DNA of 64,000 nucleotides, from NCBI GenBank assembly GCA_039189765.1, contig JBCCYL010000023.1:1-64000 (forward strand), given 5' to 3'. Numbering within the stretch: the stretch's first letter is position 1; each line of letters opens with the position of its first letter. The notes under the pieces are model-generated. The model made no database searches and was not told the DNA's origin. It saw nothing but the letters and a program-made list of their open reading frames with translations. Shown here piece by piece: positions 36,029 to 45,853 of this stretch. This stretch comes from Cyanobacteria bacterium P01_F01_bin.150. GTDB taxonomy: Bacteria; Cyanobacteriota; Cyanobacteriia; CAKZMO01. Made by a program: the position numbers and the translations under genes.

Positions 36029-38185
36029 TTGACTATGAGCTTTTGGTTGGCCCTTCAATCTAATATCCCTATCACTGTTGAAGAAAAGCGATCGCTTCGA
36101 ACCCTTCATTTCAGCCCTTTCTTCGTGATGGGATTAGGCATTCGTTTGCTCTTAATCTTAATAGCGTTTCCAAAGACACAGCAAGATTGGTTTCTACCCT
36201 TTATCTCTACCCCACTTGCCTCCAAAATCCCAGCACTTTTGAATCCTTGGGGCACGTATCTCAGTTCTGGGGGAAATGCGTTGTCATTTCCCTATGGGAT
36301 CATCATGTATTTGGCTTATTTACCTTTAACAGGATTGGGATGGCTGGTTGATCAAGGGTTACACATCAATTGGTTGGCGAAAGTCGGTTTTGGCCTGACA
36401 TCGCTACTGTTTGATTATGGGGTACTGATTGGCATTGCTTGCTTGGCTCGCAAGTATTCGGAAGGGCTTTTACTACTTACATACTGGTGCTCTCCAATTG
36501 TCATCTTCATTCTTTACTGGCATGGGCAATTAGACGTACTGCCCGTGCTGCTGCTTGTTTGGGGGCTGTGCCTGCTTCAATGGAATAGCCCAGTTGCAGG
36601 AGGTATTGCTTTAGGGTTTGCGATTTCTAGCAAGTTCAGCATGCTGATTGCGATACCCTTTATCCTAATTTATCTTTATCGCAATCTACGACTACGGGAA
36701 CAGCTTTGGACCCTAGCTGGAACAACTCTCATAACGGTTCTATTAACCATTGTCCCTTTTTTACAATCACCTGCATTCGTTGAGATGGTGATGCAATCGC
36801 GCGAAATACAGCGCATTTATACCGTTCATTTGAGCTATGGTGATGATTTAAAATTATTTTTGTTGCCGTTTATTTACATTCTTTCTCTCTATCTTGTTTG
36901 GCGCCTAAAACGCATTACTCTTGACCTGTTTATTATTTCAGTTGGGTTGGGTTTCTTTTCCCTGCTTTTGCTGCTACCGCCGGGGGCAGGGTGGTTCTTA
37001 TGGATTATGCCCTTCTTAACGTTTTATCAGCTACGGTCACGGGGTGACTATTTGTGGATTACCTTCCCATTTTTTGGCCTGTACCTCAGTTATGGCCTCT
37101 TGTATTCCACGGGTGCAGATATTCCACTGCTAAACCTTAATTTAAGCGATTCTCTGGCTATCAATACTGTTTTATCGACTTCGATCAATCGCTCTATCTT
37201 ATTCACTCTGTTGCAAGCATTCGGGCTGCTGATTTGCGCTCGGATGTATGCATTTGGCATACGGCGTAATAACTACTATCGAATGAGTCGCCGACCGCTT
37301 GCCATTGGAATCAGCGGTGATTCGGGCTCTGGCAAGGATACTCTCGTTCAAGGGATTGCAGACATATTGGGCACAAACGCAATCAGCCCTGTTTCAGGTG
37401 ATGACTATCACAAGTGGGAGCGAAATCATCCGATGTGGTCGGCACGAACTCACCTTAATCCCAATGCAAATAATCTTTCGCGTCTTACTCAAGACATCTC
37501 TGTTCTATTAGATGGTCAGTTCATCTGGAAGCGAGAGTACGACCATTCAACCGGAAAATTCACGAACCCGATAAAAATACCAAGTCGTGATTTTGTTATC
37601 GTTAGCGGTCTGCATACGCTGTATCTCAAGAGACTTAGGGAGCAACTGGATCTGAAAATTTTCCTTGATATTGATGAGGATTTACGGATTCACTGGAAAG
37701 CGAAGCGTGATCAGATAGACAGAGGACACAACCAGGCAGATGTGGCTGTTGCGATCGCCCAGCGCCAGCCAGATAGTCAGCAATTTATTCATAGTCAATC
37801 GCGCTATGCCGATCTGATTTTTAAGTTAGCTCCCGTCAATCCTAATTATCTGGAGGCTTATGGGCGATCGCCGCGATTAAAGCTCTTTGTACAGATGGCA
37901 AATGGATTTTTTCATGAAAGCCTCGTACATAATCTTGTTGCTTTGTGCGGGATGCATGTTGATGTTGAGCAGTCTGAACACTTAGACTTCATTCATCTTT
38001 GTATTGAAGGCGACGCTGATAAAGATGACATCTCAGAAATTGCTAGACTCTTGATTCCAAATTTAGATGACTTGGTCGTTAGGCAGCCAAATTGGTATGA
38101 GGGATGTTCTGGTTTAATGCAGGTTATTGTTCTGGCTCATATCTCAGATCGTCTACACCAAGGGAGAAACTACCGCCATGCTTAA
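36029..38185 (+). CDS. Fusion: GT-C-like polytopic membrane domain plus C-terminal phosphoribulokinase/uridine kinase family domain
   Basis: FPYG, DYG, WHGQLD..P, SSK in the TM part; GISGDSGSGKDT, GDDYH, NPNANN, GLHTLY, WK.KRD..DRGH. Confidence 0.8.
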   Translation: MTMSFWLALQSNIPITVEEKRSLRTLHFSPFFVMGLGIRLLLILIAFPKTQQDWFLPFISTPLASKIPALLNPWGTYLSSGGNALSFPYGIIMYLAYLPLTGLGWLVDQGLHINWLAKVGFGLTSLLFDYGVLIGIACLARKYSEGLLLLTYWCSPIVIFILYWHGQLDVLPVLLLVWGLCLLQWNSPVAGGIALGFAISSKFSMLIAIPFILIYLYRNLRLREQLWTLAGTTLITVLLTIVPFLQSPAFVEMVMQSREIQRIYTVHLSYGDDLKLFLLPFIYILSLYLVWRLKRITLDLFIISVGLGFFSLLLLLPPGAGWFLWIMPFLTFYQLRSRGDYLWITFPFFGLYLSYGLLYSTGADIPLLNLNLSDSLAINTVLSTSINRSILFTLLQAFGLLICARMYAFGIRRNNYYRMSRRPLAIGISGDSGSGKDTLVQGIADILGTNAISPVSGDDYHKWERNHPMWSARTHLNPNANNLSRLTQDISVLLDGQFIWKREYDHSTGKFTNPIKIPSRDFVIVSGLHTLYLKRLREQLDLKIFLDIDEDLRIHWKAKRDQIDRGHNQADVAVAIAQRQPDSQQFIHSQSRYADLIFKLAPVNPNYLEAYGRSPRLKLFVQMANGFFHESLVHNLVALCGMHVDVEQSEHLDFIHLCIEGDADKDDISEIARLLIPNLDDLVVRQPNWYEGCSGLMQVIVLAHISDRLHQGRNYRHA

Positions 38186-38960
38186 ACAACTTAATGGCGA
38201 CAAATCATCATTGACTAGACCCGATGCGGTTCTGTTTGATACGGACAACACGCTTTACGCATATCCTCCTGCCAAAAAAAAGGCAGATCGTGCGGTAGAA
38301 GAGAAGGCTGGTAACTTGCTGGGTATCACGCCAGAAGTATTTCGAATGGCCTATAAACAAGCAAGGCGTGAAATTAAAGACCAGTTAGGGCATACGGCCA
38401 GTAGCCATAGCCGCTTACTCTACTTCCAGAGAATGCTAGAACTGCTTGGATTTAAGGCACAACTGCTTATTGCCCTTGACTTAGAGCAAACTTTCTGGCG
38501 TACGTTTCTGGCTAACGCGCCATTGTTTCCAGGGGTTATGGACGTATTGGATGATTTACGCAGTAACAATATTCCGATTGCAATCGTCACCGATCTAACC
38601 GCCCATATTCAACTTCGGAAGCTGACCTATTTTCATCTTGAAGAAACCTTTGATGCGGTGGTGACATCTGAGGAAGTGGGAGCTGATAAACCTGATCCAC
38701 GAAATTTTGAACTAGTCCTTAAAAAGTTGAGCATAAGCTCTTATACTCAAATCTGGATGGTGGGAGATAACCCCGCAACAGACATCGTAGGGGGACGGCA
38801 TATTAATGCAGTCACATTTCAGAAAATTCATTCTGGTGTCCGCGTAGGAACAGGCAATGAAACGCCTGACTTTACATTTGAAAATTTTAATGAGTTAGGA
38901 CGATGCATTATGGATGTATTGTCTAGCACCGATTCTCAAAAGAAGGAACTTGCAAGATAA
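38178..38960 (+). CDS. HAD family hydrolase (phosphatase)
   Basis: FDTDNTLY, IVTD, DKPDP, MVGDN..TDI; ATG overlaps the upstream gene. Confidence 0.88.
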   Translation: MLKQLNGDKSSLTRPDAVLFDTDNTLYAYPPAKKKADRAVEEKAGNLLGITPEVFRMAYKQARREIKDQLGHTASSHSRLLYFQRMLELLGFKAQLLIALDLEQTFWRTFLANAPLFPGVMDVLDDLRSNNIPIAIVTDLTAHIQLRKLTYFHLEETFDAVVTSEEVGADKPDPRNFELVLKKLSISSYTQIWMVGDNPATDIVGGRHINAVTFQKIHSGVRVGTGNETPDFTFENFNELGRCIMDVLSSTDSQKKELAR

Positions 38961-39040
38961 GGGGATTCGTTTCAAAGTGAAACAAACTCAACGGTAGTGG
39001 AGGCGCTCCGCGTCCCCACTACGCGCCTAAAGTTGATATT
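38961..39040 (+). repeat. ~80-bp structured dispersed repeat
   Basis: GGGATTCGTTTCAAAGTGAAAC..AACGGTAGTGG..GCGCTCCGCG..CCACTACGCGCCTAAAGTTGATA. Confidence 0.8.
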
Positions 39041-39073
39041 CCAAGATAATAGCGATGTTAGTAATCGTGAATG

Positions 39074-39661
39074 CTAAAGTATCCATCGCTCAGGCATTTT
39101 GGTACAAACTGCATCCATAATCATGTCTTGCTTTGTCAGCTCTAACTGTAAAGACTGGAGCATTTCTGGTGGATGGCTCTGTAGCTCAGGGGAGACTAAA
39201 CATAGACGGAAGCCTGCGTCTTTAAGACGCTCATAGTCTTGCTTGGTAAGCGGAAATCGAGTAAATACATCAACCCATATCCATTGCACCATTCCCGCCA
39301 GGGTTAACGCAGTTTCAATCGACTCATATTCAGACACTCTGACCGCACATCGGGATTCCCCTAAGCGGGCAGTCTTAATCAGAAAAGGAAAGGACTGATC
39401 CAGAAAAAAGAAATCTTGGATATTATGCTTGTCCATTAACGCTAGCAGTCGGTCTTCCAGTCCCTCTTCTTTTACGTTTAAGATAATTAATCCATGCTGA
39501 TAGCCCATTAACCATTCTTCCAGCGCGATCGCCTCCACAAACGGGTCGTGATGAACAACTAGCTTATCCCCATAGCTGCGAATATCAATTTCTACACCCC
39601 ATTCGGGTCTGGTGTCTTTGAGCAAATCTAGAGTATTACGTCGATGATGAATAATAAGCAT
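39074..39661 (-). CDS. Glycerophosphodiester phosphodiesterase (GDPD/PI-PLC-like) family protein
   Basis: HRRN, GVEIDIRS, VVHHDP, LNVKE, VCTK. Confidence 0.8.
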   Translation of the reverse strand: MLIIHHRRNTLDLLKDTRPEWGVEIDIRSYGDKLVVHHDPFVEAIALEEWLMGYQHGLIILNVKEEGLEDRLLALMDKHNIQDFFFLDQSFPFLIKTARLGESRCAVRVSEYESIETALTLAGMVQWIWVDVFTRFPLTKQDYERLKDAGFRLCLVSPELQSHPPEMLQSLQLELTKQDMIMDAVCTKMPERWIL

Positions 39662-39766
39662 AGGTTGGCCACGAATGGAATGTCATATACTGTTGATTGG
39701 CTCATATATTGAGGTACTCTACACCCCAATATCTTGTTAAATTCTTCTTAAACCTTGGATTGAGAA

Positions 39767-40486
39767 TTAACGGCTCTCTATAAGCTGTAGGCGGCGACGC
39801 AATTCCCAGGTAAAGTCAATTGTACGTTTAATGAACTTTAGCTTAGCTTTCCAATTAATATTCCATCGAGAAATTCCGTGCGCTCGTTCCCCAAAACGAA
39901 CCTCAAATCGAATAATTTTAAACTTACTTTTGAGGGCCAGATAATAGCAATACAAGTCAAGGGAAAAATCATAAGGAGGATCCTGCCAACGGTTAAAAAA
40001 GCTAGCTGAGAAAAGATTAGGCTGGGCATTAATTTCCCATAGTGGAACCCGTAAAACTATCGTTTCAAATATAGCCATCCCAATGGTAAAAAATACGTCA
40101 CTCAATGGACGCCCTTTTCGAGAGCCTTTGACATAAGTTTGCTCAGGATCTGCACTTTTTTCAAGCAGCCGTAATCCATCTAAAACATCTTTTGGGTCAG
40201 TCTGCATATCGGCATGAGTCCAACCTAAAAACCGAGAGTTAGCAGCTTTTAGCCCTGCTAAAATTCCATATCCGTAGCCCTGATTAACCTCAACAATTAC
40301 GGCCCTAGCAAAAGGGTAACTTGGCAACAGGTCCGCAAGCACAACCTGCGTATCGTCCGTCGAACCATTATCAACCAAGATGACTTCAACATCATCCCTA
40401 TTCATCACCTGGGCAAAACGTTCCAGGATTAAAGGGATGTTTGGAGCTTCGTTGTAACATGGCAGCACAAGGGACAGCGTTTTCAT
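39767..40486 (-). CDS. GT2 polyprenol-phosphate glycosyltransferase (DPM1/GtrB-like)
   Basis: LSLVLPCYNE, VDNGSTDDT, NQGYGYGI, HADMQTDP, R.HG.S.W. Confidence 0.85.
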   Translation of the reverse strand: MKTLSLVLPCYNEAPNIPLILERFAQVMNRDDVEVILVDNGSTDDTQVVLADLLPSYPFARAVIVEVNQGYGYGILAGLKAANSRFLGWTHADMQTDPKDVLDGLRLLEKSADPEQTYVKGSRKGRPLSDVFFTIGMAIFETIVLRVPLWEINAQPNLFSASFFNRWQDPPYDFSLDLYCYYLALKSKFKIIRFEVRFGERAHGISRWNINWKAKLKFIKRTIDFTWELRRRLQLIESR

Positions 40487-40554
40487 GCTGATTAAAAGGT
40501 TATAGATGCTAAAGATCAAGATGTGAGTAGCATAGCATCCGTTTGGCCTCGTTT

Positions 40555-40980
40555 CTAAGGACGATATTTTTGAGAGATATTCCGAGCATTCGGAGCCTTG
40601 AAGACAAGCAGCTTCATCCCCAAAAAATTGAGTAAGGCTGAGATGGAAGTGGAAACTAAAAATGCAATATTGATGCGAAATGAAAGACTAGTGGGCAGTA
40701 GCGACAGCATGTAAGCATTAACGCCAACGTTTACCACCAAGTTAGTTCCATAAACGGCAATAAATCGAAGAGCCTGTCTAATATTGGCAGATCCCGCTGA
40801 GAAGGTCCATGTGCGATTGACTTGATATGCGTAAGCCGTGCCGCATAGAAAACTGATTGCCTTGGCAAAAGATGGTGGCAACCAGAATAAAAGAGTTTTG
40901 TAGACCAATAAGTCAATAAGAACAGTACTGCCTCCTGTTAGGAGAAAGCGAAATAGCTGGGTGCGGGTTGATCTTGCCAT
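40555..40980 (-). CDS. GtrA family flippase
   Basis: RFLLTGG, NRTWTF, four TM segments, NFLGMK..VF. Confidence 0.9.
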   Translation of the reverse strand: MARSTRTQLFRFLLTGGSTVLIDLLVYKTLLFWLPPSFAKAISFLCGTAYAYQVNRTWTFSAGSANIRQALRFIAVYGTNLVVNVGVNAYMLSLLPTSLSFRINIAFLVSTSISALLNFLGMKLLVFKAPNARNISQKYRP

Positions 40981-41016
40981 TGGTCAGAGCATCTGCAAAT
41001 AAGGAAAGTCAGCGGT

Positions 41017-42675
41017 CTAAGATAGGGAGGGAGTAAGACGACTGGGGCGCATGGGTTCTAGGGCTGGCTGGCTCAGATTTGTTTTCTCTGAAGCATGCCA
41101 ACGGTCGCCCTCCCACCGATAGGGATGGCTGTCCCATTTATGAAAGCAAGATTGCCAGTACTCAAACGTTTTCAGGTCACTGGGTGTTCCCCAACAGAGA
41201 TAATGATCAATCTCAAAAGTGACGCACTGGTAGCCGAGGGCGATCGCATCTTCAATGCAGCTATCAACATAGAACTCACCGTTTACGCGGCCATCTCGCT
41301 CAATCATCCGCTGGGCCGCAGCCTTAAAAATCTCTGTTGACCGGAAGGTAAAGGTACCTATGATGATAGGATCAGTCGCAGGGTCAGCTAACGGCTGTTT
41401 AACCGACACCCCTGTCACCCTATCACCCTCCGTTTTAACCCAGCCGTACATCTCTGGATGCTGAACTGCACCAGGATGACCACGCGTTACCCAGACAATG
41501 CAATCGACCTCTGGCCTATTGACGACCTGGGAAAATTGTTCTGGGTCAAATAAAACGCCATGATCGCAAGCGCTAATAGTTAAAGGCGCGGCATTGTCAA
41601 TTTGATCGAGGGCCGCTAAGCAAGTCCGGGCTTGACCATCGGTCACAGCATCCAGCAGTGTAAAGGTGGGGTCAGTAAACTGTTCCTTAAGGATTCGGGT
41701 CAAGCCTTCGTTCGTTGCAGTGTGTTCTTTTAGGCAAACAAAGGCATAGTGCTGAGTTGCGGGTAAGCTATCTACAGCCTGCGCCACCATCGGCTTGACA
41801 GACACTGGAATTAATGGCTTAGGGACCGTGTAGCCTGCGTTACGGAAGCGACTGCCGTGACCAGCCATGGGAATTAAAGTCGTTCCAGGCAACGGTTGTG
41901 CTGACGACGGTACAGACGTTATCAAATCTCGAAAGGCATTGGACCAGCGCTGGTATTCTTCTAGATCCTGGGGCGTGCCCCACTGCATAAAGTGCTGTAG
42001 TTCATAGACAGAGACGGATAGTCCGGCCTGCACCATTAGGTTATAAACAACGCTGCAATAATATTCTCCTTTGACCTGAATATCCCGCTCCATCGTTTCC
42101 GTGAAAAAACGTTTTACGTAGCGCCCTTTGGCAAAATAGTAGGTGCCGCTGGAGGCAAACTCCTCCATTTTGTTATCTGTAAAGGGTTGCTTTTCCTGAA
42201 TTTCTTGCATCCACCCGTTTTCAACTCGCATAAATGCATAGTTGGTTTTTCCTAGAGAATGGGGATGAAATCCTTTATAAGCAGGCACACAGCCATCGGC
42301 TTGGCAGTCTTTGACCCACTGCTTAAAGTGATGGAAATCCCAATAGCAAGTAAAGTCGCAATAGTTAACGATGGTCGGCGTTTCATCATCGATAACATCA
42401 AACGCCTGACTTACCGCATATACGGGACCTTTCTTGTGAGGGGCGATCGGCACAATTTTTCCGGTGGGACAATACCGATACAAAATATCGGTCATTGCCG
42501 TGGTTTCCAAATGGTCTTGATTACAGATAAAAACAACATCAGTTTCCCCAGGAAACATATCCACCACATGGGCAATAATGGGCTTGCCTTCAACCTCAAT
42601 CAGCGGTTTTGGCACTGTGTAGCCTGCTCGCCGAAATCGTTCCCCAAACCCTGACATTGGAATAATAATTTTCAT
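41017..42675 (-). CDS. Tandem two-domain sugar nucleotidyltransferase
   Basis: Two IPMxGxGxRF..AGYTVPKPLI motifs, each domain with GE(Y/F)Y and WGTP.DL. Confidence 0.88.
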   Translation of the reverse strand: MKIIIPMSGFGERFRRAGYTVPKPLIEVEGKPIIAHVVDMFPGETDVVFICNQDHLETTAMTDILYRYCPTGKIVPIAPHKKGPVYAVSQAFDVIDDETPTIVNYCDFTCYWDFHHFKQWVKDCQADGCVPAYKGFHPHSLGKTNYAFMRVENGWMQEIQEKQPFTDNKMEEFASSGTYYFAKGRYVKRFFTETMERDIQVKGEYYCSVVYNLMVQAGLSVSVYELQHFMQWGTPQDLEEYQRWSNAFRDLITSVPSSAQPLPGTTLIPMAGHGSRFRNAGYTVPKPLIPVSVKPMVAQAVDSLPATQHYAFVCLKEHTATNEGLTRILKEQFTDPTFTLLDAVTDGQARTCLAALDQIDNAAPLTISACDHGVLFDPEQFSQVVNRPEVDCIVWVTRGHPGAVQHPEMYGWVKTEGDRVTGVSVKQPLADPATDPIIIGTFTFRSTEIFKAAAQRMIERDGRVNGEFYVDSCIEDAIALGYQCVTFEIDHYLCWGTPSDLKTFEYWQSCFHKWDSHPYRWEGDRWHASEKTNLSQPALEPMRPSRLTPSLS

Positions 42676-42695
42676 AGTCCCGTTATTTTTATCCG

Positions 42696-43757
42696 TTATG
42701 CGGCCATTTCCAACGCTTTACGATACTTTTCTGCATCCCAATCGGTTAGTTCTAAACATTGCTGATCCGACAGGAGATGCACATCAGTCCCACATGGCAC
42801 CCGAAGTAAGACATCTGCCTGGGCTTGTAGCATTGCTTCGGTCGCAGGGGATGCACCGTTCAACAAAATCACGCCTACCTTGGGAATAATCACGTAGGTA
42901 ATGTCTTGCTGCCACTTTTCAGACACGGTTGCCACATAGTCTGGGATGTTGTTGGTTTCAGTTGCAACAACAGGTCGTACACCACAAAATACAACATGGT
43001 CGGGATAGGCAGGATTGCATTGTGCTAGCTCAAGGGTCCGCTCATCGGTGGCGATCGCCTGAATAACGGGTGCTTTAGGTAGAAATGCACCAGGAATAGT
43101 GTCCACCACAGCCTGAAGCTGGCTTAAATCAGGCGGGGAATACGATCTGGGTTCAAGATGTAAGCGCTGAATAACTTCTGCCTGCAAAGCTTCAGCCGAT
43201 TGCAGAGTGTCACCCCCAACCACTAGTCCATGATTTTCTAGGATTAACACATCGACTCTTGCGTCACCTTTGACGGTGCGAGTATCGCCCACAACAGAGG
43301 CGATCGCCCTCGTCAAAGGTTTACCAGGTCGGCAGTAGGGAATCCACTGCCACGATAGTCCCCGTAGCTTCTCTGCCATCCTATCCTGACTGCCCATCGG
43401 TAACGTATGGGCAATAACGTCTACAGAATGGCAATGCAAAACAGCGCGATGGGGCATTAACGTATGTAGCGTCGTTTCAATGGAGGGCCGCAGGGATGAA
43501 CCAGACAATGATTTAAAGGGTCTGCTAAAGCTAGATGGACTCTCTATTTCATCCCAAATCTCTGCCAAATCTAGCGGAAGGAAAATGTCGTCAGTCAAAG
43601 CATTGGCCAACGACTTCCCTGATGCTTTAACCCATAACACTCCATATTCTTTGATAGATGTGTTGCCACCAGAGGCTTGAATTAATGACGAATCAGCCCC
43701 CATCTGAGCGGAGACTTCTCGAAGATACTGTAGATCTTCAGGCTCTTTAATATCCAT
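42696..43757 (-). CDS. Class II aldolase/adducin family protein
   Basis: GGNTS, KASG, RPSIET.LH, HCHS, LENHG. Confidence 0.85.
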   Translation of the reverse strand: MDIKEPEDLQYLREVSAQMGADSSLIQASGGNTSIKEYGVLWVKASGKSLANALTDDIFLPLDLAEIWDEIESPSSFSRPFKSLSGSSLRPSIETTLHTLMPHRAVLHCHSVDVIAHTLPMGSQDRMAEKLRGLSWQWIPYCRPGKPLTRAIASVVGDTRTVKGDARVDVLILENHGLVVGGDTLQSAEALQAEVIQRLHLEPRSYSPPDLSQLQAVVDTIPGAFLPKAPVIQAIATDERTLELAQCNPAYPDHVVFCGVRPVVATETNNIPDYVATVSEKWQQDITYVIIPKVGVILLNGASPATEAMLQAQADVLLRVPCGTDVHLLSDQQCLELTDWDAEKYRKALEMAA

Positions 43758-43852
43758 AACGACTGCGATAAGCAAACGCCTCGCTGATTTTGGTGCAAAT
43801 CTTACCACACCAGAGTGGTGACCGCTACAGATTTTCTTAAGAAACCTCACGA

Positions 43853-45826
43853 TTAGGCAGGATAAATGCGGAGGCGACGATTGGGTTCCTCGCCAAAACT
43901 GGATGACTTGAGTCGATAGTGCTCAATCAGTTCATGCTGCATCTTGCGGATATTGGCCGAACGGGGTAGAAGTTCCACGGGTTGTCCCTTGGGCAGGACA
44001 ATTTGTTCAACCGCCAGACGAGCTTCTTCCAAAGCTTCCAGCTCATTTTCATTACCATTTCTACTGAACAGGGTTAGGTTAATTGGCTCGTCAACTCCAC
44101 CCTCATCGATTCGTAGGATCCGCCGTAGTGCCCGAATCATCTGGGGCATATTGTTCGACTTAACGGTGTAGATCGGCAACTCCCGAACCTTTGCTAAATG
44201 ACGCAGTTTGGAGTGATTTTTGACGTGACTCCTTAGCGCCAGTACGGCATCTGCACTATCCAGATCTTTAGTCAGAACTACAGGCATTTCCAATGTTTGA
44301 ATCACTTGTTCAAGACTATGACGACTTACTGCGTAGGGATAGACATGCAGCGGCAAATCTTCGCCATTGGGTCCCATCTCTAACCCGTCTTGAGCAATGG
44401 GAGTAGAGTCTTGCTCAAGCGTTTGCCCTGTTGAAGCCTGGGATGATCGAACTGAATTTCGAGCGGCAAAGGATTCACTCAATAACTTATCAAACTGCTG
44501 ATGGGGACTAGCGTACTGGGGTGGCACCACCGCAGTAGATAACGGCACACCGTTAAACCCAGCCTGGTCAGAGGCAGGCAGAGGATTCATGCGGCCTGAA
44601 ATGCGCCAACCCTTTTTTCTTTTCGATCGTTTTCCATTAGACCAGCCCACACTTGAGGCTGGCGCAGTGGGCGGATAGGGAACATCAGGCTGCTCACGAG
44701 TGACTTCTACCTTGCCAGACTCTTTAACTGCCCGTACCTGAGGGTTAGGCAATCGCCCCCTCAACAAACTATCCACGGTATTGGACACATTATCGTGAAC
44801 CGTCCAGCGATATCGCTCCAACATTTCAATGGCAATCTCAAAAGTAGGAGGAGCCTTACGCTCTAGGACACTCTTCTGGCTACCCCGGCGGCGGGCCTCA
44901 TCATCACCGAGGGTGACAGACTGGATTCCCCCCACTAAATCCGATAGGGTTGGATTTTTAATCAGGTTTTCAATCTGGTTACCGTGGGCAGTCCCTACAA
45001 GCTGAACCCCTCGCTCGGCAATCGTACGAGCCGCTAAAGCTTCTAATTCGGTGCCAATTTCATCAATAACCACGACCTCAGGCATGTGATTTTCCACGGC
45101 CTCAATCATCACCTGATGCTGTAGCTCGGGACGGGCCACCTGCATACGACGGGCACGACCAATGGCAGGGTGGGGAATATCACCATCTCCAGCAATCTCA
45201 TTAGAGGTGTCAATGATAACGACTCGCTTGCCCAAGTCATCTGCCAAAACTCGGGCAATCTCCCGTAAGGCAGTCGTTTTACCTACGCCAGGGCGACCTA
45301 GAAGAAGGATGGACTGGCCTAGACCCACCAAATCCTGAATCATGCCGATGGTGCCAAAAATAGCCCGTCCCACTCGACACGTCAGACCAATAACCTCCCC
45401 TGCTCGGTTGCGCATGGCGCTAATTCGATGCAAGGTACGCTCAATTCCCGCCCGATTATCGCCACTAAACTGGCCAATTTGATCGACACAAGCATTTATA
45501 TCGTCTGCCGTAATCAGGGTTTCGGAAATATATTCAGCACGATCAGGAAAGCGAACTTCGGGCAGACGCCCTAAATCCATGATCACTTCGACTAAACGGT
45601 CTTTATCCGGATGGTCCACGATCGCTTTACGAATATGAGCTGGAAAAATGGCAAGCAGCTGCTCTAAGTCATCTGCAGCCACTCGCTCGACCATTTCTAA
45701 ATTGTCTAAAGGGTTATTTTCCACAGCCATCTCCGGCGTAGAATCTCCTTCAGAGTCGTTAGCAATGTTTTTTGAAAATCGAGCATCAGGGCGGGAATAG
45801 GACGAATCGTGACGGTTTAAGGCCAT
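43853..45826 (-). CDS. Ycf45-like AAA ATPase with R3H domain
   Basis: GIERTLHRISA, GRPGVGKTT, DTSNEIAGDGD, C-terminal RKMQH..FGEEPNRRLRIYP. Confidence 0.9.
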   Translation of the reverse strand: MALNRHDSSYSRPDARFSKNIANDSEGDSTPEMAVENNPLDNLEMVERVAADDLEQLLAIFPAHIRKAIVDHPDKDRLVEVIMDLGRLPEVRFPDRAEYISETLITADDINACVDQIGQFSGDNRAGIERTLHRISAMRNRAGEVIGLTCRVGRAIFGTIGMIQDLVGLGQSILLLGRPGVGKTTALREIARVLADDLGKRVVIIDTSNEIAGDGDIPHPAIGRARRMQVARPELQHQVMIEAVENHMPEVVVIDEIGTELEALAARTIAERGVQLVGTAHGNQIENLIKNPTLSDLVGGIQSVTLGDDEARRRGSQKSVLERKAPPTFEIAIEMLERYRWTVHDNVSNTVDSLLRGRLPNPQVRAVKESGKVEVTREQPDVPYPPTAPASSVGWSNGKRSKRKKGWRISGRMNPLPASDQAGFNGVPLSTAVVPPQYASPHQQFDKLLSESFAARNSVRSSQASTGQTLEQDSTPIAQDGLEMGPNGEDLPLHVYPYAVSRHSLEQVIQTLEMPVVLTKDLDSADAVLALRSHVKNHSKLRHLAKVRELPIYTVKSNNMPQMIRALRRILRIDEGGVDEPINLTLFSRNGNENELEALEEARLAVEQIVLPKGQPVELLPRSANIRKMQHELIEHYRLKSSSFGEEPNRRLRIYPA

Positions 45827-45853
45827 AAATTCAAGGACTAATAGTCGATAGAC

